DNA of 59,143 nucleotides, the filler included, from Squatina squatina (taxonomy: Eukaryota), in assembly GCA_031763465.1 (NCBI GenBank). It is 3 parts of 3 records of this genome, joined end to end, with 100 filler letters (N's around TTAATTAATTAA, not from the genome) between each part and the next. Parts side by side here need not be neighbours in the genome. Positions count along the whole stretch, not along the records: positions 40,642 to 59,143 come from JARFOE010000162.1; 2 more parts are not named here. One strand, written 5' to 3'. Shown in pieces: positions 48,307-59,143 of this stretch (the stretch's first letter is position 1; each line of letters begins with the position of its first letter). The notes under the pieces were generated by a model. It was given only the letters and a program-made list of their open reading frames with translations. It was not told the DNA's origin and searched no databases. The translations under genes were made by a program, and so were the position numbers.

Positions 48307-51300
48307 GGCTGCCTGTGTTGAAATATCATACCTCTAGTTTCAAGGACAGACGACAGCTTTCTAGGTGAGCCTGCAAAGAAAGAAAATCACATGAAGAAAA
48401 TAAGTCTATCAGTCAACATTTTTTTTTGGCAAAACCATTGAAAATTCAGACATCTGATTCCCTTCATATTTTGCTGTTCATTTATTTTCTTTGTATTTAG
48501 TTAAGATTTGCCATGAAAGTTAGTCTCGCAAACCAAGGTAACTGTCTAACAATGCAGTGTGGAAACAGAACAACGTACTACTTGGGGGAAAGAAAATACA
48601 TGGTGCATGTTAACATTCAGGAACATATGTTAATTCAACACTGACAGAAAGCAAGTGTTCCAGATCCTCCAACACAATGAAGTATAAATCAAGATTTGAA
48701 TTCTCACTGAAGTGGGTTGTGTGACATTTACATTATTCGATGAGAATATTTCCCCTTTTTTTGCAGGGGTGGGGGAGCTAAGAAAAGGTGTCATTAAAAT
48801 TCTTGTTCTGGTATTTCTTTTTCCATCTTAAAACATTTTTTCATGACTGCCAACAAATCCCATTTGTGAAGGTTATTTATTTTTAAAGGGATTTTCTGCA
48901 TTTCCAGTTAAAACTTTCATAGGGTATTTGCTTTTATTTTGGTTAAAATGGTTCTAAAAGCTTTAGTTATGGGTTAGTTGTACATTTCTAGGGATGTGGA
49001 GAGAGGAAGAAGTCCTTTTTCAATGCAAACTCCCTCCCTTCCATTTATATATTTTAAAAGAATAAATTATAATTTAGGGTGCAGTTATGCTGCCACTTTC
49101 ACTGATGTAAAATGTTTTTTTGTGCCCACTGATAGCTGTATTGCTACTTTCCTACTCCTGAGCACTCCAGACCAAACTGAGACCACCTCTAGTACACATG
49201 GTTACTTCACAACAGATACAGGGCAACCCCAGATTGGTGCAAAAGCATATTTTAATGCTGCATTTACACTACAACTTTAGCAGTCTGTGTCACCTTTGCT
49301 TTGAACTGACAGACAGTAAATTCAGAGTCTGGGCCCAAACTGCCTGTTTCAAAGTGGTGCAAGGCCACTAGAGAAGACTGCTCCATACTGATGCTACAAC
49401 TGTACAGTCAAGACTGCCCACTGAGCTTTTATAAACTTGCTTTTCAGTCTTTGATTATTACTACAATAGCTGATTTAGCTTGCTGTCTCCTAATGTTAAA
49501 AAAAAAGCCAGCAGGGAGCAGTGTGCTGCTCATGAACCCAAGCATGAATTCAGTGAAGCACAATCAGCAGGACTGGTGTCTGCTGAGCACTGTGCAGATA
49601 GCTGTTTCCAGCTGGTAAGTGCAGCGTATCCTTAGTAAAGTTCACTTCTGCTTCTTTGAGTCTCCACTGTAAACAGAAATGGCTTAGCTGCTGAGAGCCA
49701 CAGCTGATGCCAATGAGTGACTCAATGGGAAATGATCTTAATTGGTATCTTTCCTGTACTGGGTGCCAAGTGGGAGACAGCTGAGCTCGGATTAGCTGAA
49801 TATTACAACGCACTTGACTGGTGCTTAAATTACCCTGCTTTAACACGTCCCAACTGGGAAAATTAATACATGCTAGTTTGCATTATTTGCTGTGGAGTTA
49901 CTCATCAGCTGTGGGCAGTTAACTAAGCATCTTGCCACCTAGTAGGGATGGCAGAGATCTTAAATTGTCAGGAGGAATTAGATTACACAAACCCCACAAA
50001 TTTTAGTTCTCTTGATATTGCCAATGAGCCCACTTACTGACAGTTGAGTTTACAGACCAGGAACAGCAGAAAAATTGCAAATATCCTACAAGGCAAGAGT
50101 TAACATTGAGAAAGTACTCACCCCTAAAGTGAACTTTACCTTTGTCTTTAAAATGGAAATAGAAACATTTTTAGATATGCCCATTTGATGAGAATGTTGA
50201 TCATTTTCTAGGAGAGGTTAACCCAATTTTCTCAGACTAACAAGCACCTGAACTTCAATTTTACCCGTGAGCGAATAGAAACAGTAGGGCACATATCCTA
50301 CAGTGCACTGTGCTGCAGTTTTTATTAAAAAAAACCAAAGTAGCTAACATTTTTTGCATTTCGAGAATAGTAATTTATAGTTTAAAACTAATAGCAATAG
50401 TCCCTAACTTGAGTAGAGTTGACCAGCATTCCCAATTGTTACCCAGCAACATTTGCTGGAAGTGTAGCCCTTTGACATAGAGCACAATCAGCCTCAGTTA
50501 CAATGCCACCACAGTTGGCCACTCGAGCGAGGTAGCCAGCATTCATGGAATCACAGGCTACATCATTGCCTTCTTAAGAGGAGGAGAGAAAACCGGAGAG
50601 CGAGAGGGAAAAAAGTTATTTTTTCTATGCCACCTCAAAGATTCAGGAAACTGAAATTAAATATCATGAAAAGCTGCATCTGAGAAAAGGAAAGCCCCCG
50701 TTAGAGGAGCATTGTTCAATAACTTACCTATCGATGTCTTCTCCAGTTTATTGCTGTCTGATGAAATCTGCAGAAATAGATTTTATATACAAATACTGAA
50801 GACAAACACAAGTGTACACATATTATACAGGTTTTACAACAAAAGCACTTAGTTCTCCCATTTATCTTTTGTTTTAAGGGAGTAAATAGGTCAACAATAT
50901 TAAAAGGTAGAAGTAATTGTTAATGTTACCCCAAAATTACTTCTATGATTAATTCCATGTCAAAAGTAATATAGCATTCCTGACAAGGGCTTTAGCTGCA
51001 AAATCTTAAANNNNNNNNNNNNNNNNNNNNNNNNNNNNNNNNNNNNNNNNNNNNNNNNNNNNNNNNNNNNNNNNNNNNNNNNNNNNNNNNNNNNNNNNNN
51101 NNNNNNNNNNNNNNNNNNNNNNNNNNNNNNNNNNNNNNNNNNNNNNNNNNNNNNNNNNNNNNNNNNNNNNNNNNNNNNNNNNNNNNNNNNNNNNNNNNNN
51201 NNNNNNNNNNNNNNNNNNNNNNNNNNNNNNNNNNNNNNNNNNNNNNNNNNNNNNNNNNNNNNNNNNNNNNNNNNNNNNNNNNNNNNNNNNNNNNNNNNNN

Positions 51301-54300
51301 NNNNNNNNNNNNNNNNNNNNNNNNNNNNNNNNNNNNNNNNNNNNNNNNNNNNNNNNNNNNNNNNNNNNNNNNNNNNNNNNNNNNNNNNNNNNNNNNNNNN
51401 NNNNNNNNNNNNNNNNNNNNNNNNNNNNNNNNNNNNNCACGAACAACAAATAAGCAACAAGTAATGAAACGTTCGAAGACTATCACGGTCAGCGATCCAA
51501 GGAAAACGGGCTTTGGAGAACTTCTGCCACCCGGCCCGACCAACGGCATGCTTCACCTTCCAGGTTTCAGCCTCCGGGGTCCAGCGCCTTTGAGGTTCAG
51601 CACTACCGATCAGCCCAGGTAGAGGGCAAGCTCCACGCCGCGACTGGCGAGTCATCTCCAGGGTTCCACCACAGCCGTGCCTCGAGTCGCACCTGGAGAC
51701 CTCCACCGGCCACAAGCAGGCTGACCTAGACCACGCCATCAGCTCCCATCCATGCCATTGCCTCCAACAACCCAAGCTGGGCCACCGTCGCCATTTGGGG
51801 TGCACACCAAGCCATGGAAGATGTTGCACCGAGAGTTCTGGTGAGCATACGTCCAAACCCAAGACACGTGGGCACCACAACGTGAAGAGCAACCCTCGCA
51901 ACTCTCAGCCAAGCTATAGTTTAAAGGGGTATTGCTATAACTGCTTTGTATCATTGATCTTGTCTTATTTGTGGCTACACATAATAAAACATCTTTTGGT
52001 TCAACCTTAGACAGGTGTTTTTTGCATTGACTCAAAGTGTTTTCTCCGACAAATACATTATCATAAGTCCAGGTCCCTCGGACACAATAGATCCTTGGGG
52101 TGGAGTTGCATTAGGCGCAGCCGAAGCAGATTCCACCTGCACTGATCTAAAAACACTTACACAGCCTACTCCTGCTCCTAATTCTTTTGTTCTTATGTTA
52201 TTTAATTACAGTGAAGCACACAGAGGAAATGGTCCCCGTGGTGTATATTAAAAACACTACTTTCAGTTGTGGCTGGAAACAGCACTTGTGGAAAGGCCAA
52301 TGACAACCTGTCGGAGATGACGGCCTGAATCAAATGTGAAAGGATGGTTTGGAGCCGATCAGGATGCAGGACTGTCCATTGATATGCTTGATTTCTCACC
52401 AGTGATTGCCACTTTAACACAAACAGCTGTTCTTAACAGTTGCTCTTTCATCTAAACTGAATAGACTAAGCAAATTATGTTTTTATTGTCCAAATGGATC
52501 CCTGTGGTGTTGAGAAGAGCCCATGCAGTTAATATGATGCAAAGCAAATTTGAGAAATCCCACCTCCGAGCATCAAATGTAAGTACCCAATTGACAACGT
52601 TCCCAAACAATCTATTTCAAATAATTTATTCCAGATTCACATATTTCAAATCTAATACATTCAAATTGGCTAAGTAAATGTGCTGATTTGCCCAGTAAAT
52701 TTCATTTGTTTTCAATCCCTTCTGCAAACAGATAATAATAACGCAGCAGCCACACTATTATTGAAGGTGAGTGTTCTGTGCATTCAAAGGAAAGAAATCT
52801 TCCAGAAGTTATTGAGGATGCCTTCCAATGAATGCAAAGAAGTTCTCAAAGACTTGATCTTGACTTTGTTAGCAGTAGAATTTTGTGTGAACTAATCTAA
52901 AGCAAGGCATCATTTTACACTCCTAAGTATGCATGAATACAAACTGTCATTCTTTATGAAGGAGGAAATAATATTGAAATTAATTGGCCCTGAAATCACG
53001 GTCCCTATGGGTGCATAAGCAGTACGCACATGCACTGGTAGGGACCCCGCAAGTTCCAGGTTTAGGGCTGCAAAGCACATACACCTAAACCTGACAGATC
53101 CAACGCATGCCTGGGAGAAGGGTCTCCATGGCCGGAGAGTTGGGCTATTTCCCCAGTTCTTGCCCAGCGAAAGCCCCTCAAATTGTTACGCTGATAAAAG
53201 CAGGAGTACAGACCTGCTTTTAGCAGCATAAAAGATTAAAAAAATTGAAAAATAGAATTCAAACACTTATTTATTTATTAAAAACCCAGTCCATTCGTGA
53301 CGTGCTCCTCCTGTCTCTGGGGACACCAAAGCGGTGTNNNNNNNNNNNNNNNNNNNNNNNNNNNNNNNNNNNNNNNNNNNNNNNNNNNNNNNNNNNNNNN
53401 NNNNNNNNNNNNNNNNNNNNNNNNNNNNNNNNNNNNNAAAAACCATATGATCCTGATTATTTAAATAATGGGATTCATTTCTCTCCGCAAATGTCACTTC
53501 TTTATAATTCCTCCAGGTCTGGCAAAAATCAAAATATGATCAGAGGGAATCATCCAATATCAAGAACTGATGATACAAAACGATGAAATTTTGCTCCTAT
53601 TCAGAATTATACCGACGTGGAGTTAACTGGCAGTGACAAGTGAAAGAGGATAAACCTATGCTCACGCAGATAGATAGCTTGCCTTAGAAAATAAGGAAGC
53701 TTTGCCAGTGAAAAGGTTGACTACCACATCAGAATTAAATTATAGTTTAATGAAATGAAGCTGGACATGAAACAGTGATAATGGGCTGAGAGCAAGAAGG
53801 AAAAATGGCAATATGTAAACTCCATTATACTTCTCTCTGATCAATTATCAGATTGCCACTGACTACCAATATTTTTATAACATTTAACGTTAAAATAGCT
53901 AACTTCATGATGTTAGTGTAATAAACCATGAAGTGATTATTCCCAAAAATTACACACTTTAAAAAATTTTTAAAAAATATTTTTAATAGATTAGCACAAT
54001 GTTTATACAACTTGTCTCAGTCTGTAACATGAAAATAGGCATTGCTTCGTATTGATGTAGAAGGATTACTTAAAAAAGAGAATCCCTGTTATCTTTTTTA
54101 AAATTTTATCTCAGTTCTTTTAATGTGTCAGCTTGTTCTAATTTGATGGCTCATTTTAAATGATCCATTCAATTCAATTAAAGTTGTACAGATTGCTACC
54201 AGTGTTCCAGTTTGATAACTCCATCAGGGGGCATTCAATATGCCAGAACTGAGGATTACCACGCTTGTGAACTGCAGTTTTACATGTTTTAAACCTTATC

Positions 54301-55097
54301 TGTGGATTCCATTTCACTCGGAAACGAGCTCAATCCCTGCTTTATTCGTGTAGCTGAATAGAATGTTAATGGGCAGTCAATGCCCATCAGTCACACAATA
54401 TATTGCAGGAACTATAACTTGCTGTTCAAATAAAATGGGATTAGTATTTTTCTTCGGCTGCTGTTATATGATGTGCACCCTGCAGCTAACAGTTACACTG
54501 TCGGCCGTGTGTCGTTGGGTCTCCTACAAGCTCTATTTTATGGCTGGTAAGTTTTTAATGTTTTGAGGCTTTGGGTTAGCGATTTCACACACTCCTTCGC
54601 CAAAAAGAGTTTGCTTGTCTTTTTTAATTGCCCCAGCTGTCCAGTGGGCGACTTGGATAGGGTTTTAAAAGCGACTTTGTACCAGATTATACCGCACCTG
54701 ATGCAAAAATCGTGGGTGTGAAACCACTTACTCGAGGTGTTTGGGCCAACATGCACTCGGTTAGAAATAACTGTGTTATAATGCTGATTTTGTGTTGCTG
54801 TAAAAGTGAAACTGAACTGCTCTGCATTGATGCAGCATAACAGAGACCAAAAAGTAAATACTAAGCTCACTAAGTCGTCCTGAGACCCGATATGTTTCTC
54901 AGAAGAATAAAAATTCATGTTGCTTCATTCCCATTTTGGTTTTATTTTCTACGGCCATAAAATCAATGTACGAATAACTGAAGGTTTTTACTTTTGCTGT
55001 GTGCAAATCTACCTCAATTCACAGGGGCACATTTCTCCACCTGCCACAATGCGAGGGACACAAAGGAATACTTAGCTTTAAACTAACAATTTTTTAA

Positions 55098-55310
55098 AAT
55101 CCTTTCCTTCCTGGGATGTGGGTGTCGCTGGCAAGGCCAGCATTTATTGCCCTTCCCTAGCTGCCTTTGAGGTGGGTTGTGATGAGCCACCTTCCAGATT
55201 ATTTAATTAAATGGATTTAAATGCCACAGCTGCAAGATTTGAACTCATGTCTTTGGATTAATAGTCCAAGCCTCTGGATTACTGGTCCCACAACTTAACC
55301 ACTATGCTGC
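55098..55310 (-). mobile_element. Internally deleted copy of the recurrent tRNA-SINE
   Basis: Tail (gggatgtgggtgtcgctggcaaggccagcatttattgccc) joined directly to the head region. Confidence 0.75.
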
Positions 55311-55371
55311 TGAGTTCCCATGATCCTGGCTACACCTCCTCCCTTCCCTAACCACCACCCACTTCAGCTTG

Positions 55372-55527
55372 ATAGCACTCTTCCCTGAATCAGAAGGCTG
55401 TTGATTCAAACCTCACTCCAGAATTTAAGCACATAATCTAGATTGACATTGCAGTGCTGCACTGGGGCAGTCTGAGGCCCCCATCTACCTATGGTTCAAG
55501 TGGATATTAAAGACCACAGATGTCCCC
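55372..55527 (+). mobile_element. DeuSINE-like 5' fragment
   Basis: tagcactc...tgaatcagaagg...ttcaaacctcactccaga resembles 6855-6910. Confidence 0.65.
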
Positions 55528-58500
55528 NNNNNNNNNNNNNNNNNNNNNNNNNNNNNNNNNNNNNNNNNNNNNNNNNNNNNNNNNNNNNNNNNNNNNNNNN
55601 NNNNNNNNNNNNNNNNNNNNNNNNNNNAGAAAACCACTGGGGATATGGATTTTGAATTAAATATGGCAAATATTATGTGAGTGACATGACAATATTTTCT
55701 ACTTTCATTTAAATTCCATTTTAAATTGTCCTTTGCAACTTGGTTCATTTTAGTCTCAGCGAACTGTATTGTAGGCCTGCTTGCCAAAGACCATATGGAG
55801 ACAACTGCAAAGCTGCAGAAAAAAGTGAATCCGTACTGTGACCAGATGGTTGTGCCTATTTGTAATTTTCATTTAAGAAAACTGCATTGGTCACTTATAG
55901 GTCTCTAATTGTTTTAGATATTTTGAAAAGTACTCACCAGAAATCAGCACCCTTTGAGCATTTAGTCAAGCTAGTCAGAGGAGCCGCAAAAGTCAGTGAT
56001 GGCTCTCAGGAAACAACTGCAATCATGGCCCGACATTAATTGGTGAAGGGTCAAAAAACAAGCTGTTAATAATCTGCTTTGCTCCAGAACTGAAGGCTGG
56101 CAGCTGTTTTATGGTACGTTGTGTTCCTAATGCATCGTATCAAACAGAAACAAGCTATAAATGGCACAAGCATCCATCAGCATTTCGTTTTTAATATTAA
56201 GCCCATTTCATGTTCTGCACTAAGGTAAGACCAAATTAACGGTGACATATTTAACAGTCAAATCCTTTTCGAAGTTTTACACAAGAATCTGTACTGCAAT
56301 GCACCTGCAGTCCACCATATCTCACGATTTGTATGCAATGAGCGTAGGTTTACGATTTAAAGCAAGTGGAACCCTGGCCCTTTCACCATCACAGGCTTTT
56401 AAAAAAACATAGATCTAGGATGANNNNNNNNNNNNNNNNNNNNNNNNNNNNNNNNNNNNNNNNNNNNNNNNNNNNNNNNNNNNNNNNNNNNNNNNNNNNN
56501 NNNNNNNNNNNNNNNNNNNNNNNTAATAGCTGGCATTCTCATCAGTGCTCATGTTAGATTTGTAAACTTTAGTCTAATCTGATATACTTCTCGACACAGA
56601 TATATTTAACAATTGTTTGAGTTTCTTGTCACGTTGCCCAGCAAGGTGTGAGAAGGAACAACGTGGATTACGGAGTTTGCTATTGGTGCTATGTGCACGT
56701 CCTAAGACTGTTCCCATGGAAACAAGCTTTCGCCATCTGCAGCAGCAGAATGCGACTCTGCACTGCTGGCATTCTCTCAGGTTATTAGAATGCACAGGGC
56801 TAGGAAGCCTGGTGAGGAAATAACTGTTTATCAACAGAAAAGTCCGAGCTTGATATAATGAGAATTTTAGATTTCAAAAAAAGAATTTTCGGTGAAGTCA
56901 TAGTCTGATTATTTATATATCAACAATTAAGATATGTGCATGCTTGCAGTTATCCTATAATTAGTCGAAACAATTTTATTTTTCATCTCACAATTGGCTG
57001 GTGTCAATGTGTTGTTTATTAAAATAAAAGTTAAACAAAGACTGAGCGGAATATCATAGTTATGAATGATTTTCCATGCAATTTGATTCATACTGTTCTA
57101 CAAGTAGCTATGCTACTGGTAGCTGCTGATGTGATATTTCTGCACTGTATCTAACCTTTCTCCTGAGACGCTGGAGCAGCATCAGGCCAAGGAAAGAGTC
57201 TTTTGAAAATTGTCGCTTGCTGTGGGTCAGAGAGCGTCCTATGCCAAACCCACAGGGGATCCAACCAAAAAGCAAAACAAGCTGACACAAATCAGCTAAT
57301 TTGTAGTAGCAAGTGATTCAACCATTTTTTTTGTCAAATGGCTTCTTGCCAAATTACCATAAATTAGTCTTCTACTTCATAGGCTGCACACACTAAGTGC
57401 AACATTTTACTTGTACGATTGGTTGAGCATTAGCCACGAAGAGACTAATTAGGTTATTTGTTTTCTTTTCAGGTGATCATTAGGTAACTATGCTTCAGGA
57501 AAGAACAACAGGACATCTATCTTTTATTTTTATTTTTTATTTTTAAGTNNNNNNNNNNNNNNNNNNNNNNNNNNNNNNNNNNNNNNNNNNNNNNNNNNNN
57601 NNNNNNNNNNNNNNNNNNNNNNNNNNNNNNNNNNNNNNNNNNNNNNNNATCCCTATAAAGTGAACCCATTTGGCAGCTGCTGCTGCTCCTGTGAAGCGTT
57701 TTAATTTCACAGTTCAGTGATACATGGCACATGTAGTAATACACACTTGAGGAAAAGCCAAACAAGATAGTTTCACTCAAGGAAAGTAGTACTTATATAC
57801 AGAACTTTAAGACATAAAACCAAACAGTCTTAACGGATCTTTTTTTTAAAAAAAACTACACACAATTTCTTAAGCGCAGTGGCAAGTGAGAAATTAGAGC
57901 AATCATGCTTTTCAGTGGCCCAACAATCAATAGAGATTATAAAGATGGTTATACCCTTACAAATCATTTTGCAACACTCTTGTCTCCCTCACAGGAGGCC
58001 TTTGGCAACAGCAGTAAATGGGAGCTGAATGCTCAATATGTAATCTAATCTGGTAGAAACAGTAAGCTGAAGTCATGGCACATGTTTAACGGGCTATGGA
58101 ACGATACTGCTACCACAATGTAATAAATAATATAATGTAAATTATGTGCTTTGGATGAATTTGAGAAACATAATTTATTGCATCATGTGGAGCACTTTGG
58201 AGCATTTCTGAGTGACATGAATAAGGCACTTTATAAACGCAAGTATTTGTTTTATAGATTTGTATTCAACATCAGAAATGAATAATTTATACAGCAGAAA
58301 TGAGAAGTTTCCAGATCCATAGATTCGATATCTTGCTGTTGTGTCAATGAGAATATCTCTGAGACAAATATTTTGTTTCCTNNNNNNNNNNNNNNNNNNN
58401 NNNNNNNNNNNNNNNNNNNNNNNNNNNNNNNNNNNNNNNNNNNNNNNNNNNNNNNNNNNNNNNNNNNNNNNNNNNNNNNNNGATTTGCAAACAACCTGAT

Positions 58501-59143
58501 AATTAAAACAGCTTAACAGTTGACACCCAACCAACCACACATTGTCAGTTCATGCCCTTGGCCGACAAGTCACATTCGCCCATTTTTTTCCATTGAGGAA
58601 GTGTTAGTCAGTTTTTAAACCGAGCTCCTAAATAGAGTGGAACGTGGAATTAGGGGAAGGAAACGAGAAACAAAAATCTGACACCATCTGCTTCACACTG
58701 TTTGAATTATGACTCCTGACAGCCAAACAGAGTACTACCATTGTTCAGACTGCCACACTTTCTGGAATAAGTGGTTGCAAGAGACAAGTGCCCTGCATAA
58801 GGAGAAAAATTTAAACCAAGTGTTGCATAAATGACATGCTTTGCGACCAGTGGGCACAATAGGGCATAGAGTGTCTGAGTGACATGTACAACAACATTAT
58901 GATTAAGAATGATAAAGTTTAATTAACTAAAGAAACTATGTCTAAATTATATTAATGGTGCCTCCTAAACACTTGTGCATCTGTCTTTCGGTTGGCAACA
59001 CTGGGGTAACCCAGTGTCACCTTTATTGGCTAATTCAAAATAGGCATGCTGCGTAATTACTCTGACACTCTCCTGACATTAACTTGCTAATGTGAACGAT
59101 GCACATTAAGCTGTCATAAGATGTCCACGGAGGCCTAACTTCT

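Noticed and set aside
54570-54737. Imperfect inverted repeat, possible MITE
   Set aside because: Match too weak and no TSD identified by eye

Overview
Vertebrate nuclear DNA, most likely a cartilaginous fish (inferred from the CR1/L2/RTE/Tx1 LINE, SINE and Harbinger repertoire). It comes from a gappy draft assembly. Two artificial N44-TTAATTAATTAA-N44 linkers (13932-14031, 40542-40641) split the window into three probably unlinked scaffolds. Scaffold A (1-13931) has one AGPAT5 coding exon (-) and the promoter plus first coding exon of ANGPT2 (+), in the same divergent arrangement as the human AGPAT5/MCPH1/ANGPT2 locus. Scaffold B (14032-40541) has no host exon I can recognise and is dense in transposons: a four-layer CR1/Harbinger nest, a Tx1-clade (Keno-like) LINE 3' end fused to the 3' part of U2 snRNA, a complete but decayed two-gene PIF/Harbinger element with related non-autonomous copies, an RTE LINE and SINEs. 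Scaffold C (40642-59143) has the first three coding exons of DLGAP4/SAPAP4 (-). Gene and repeat identities come from recalled motifs, not database searches. I found no clearly new biological system; the best leads are the Keno-U2 chimera and the Harbinger cluster.
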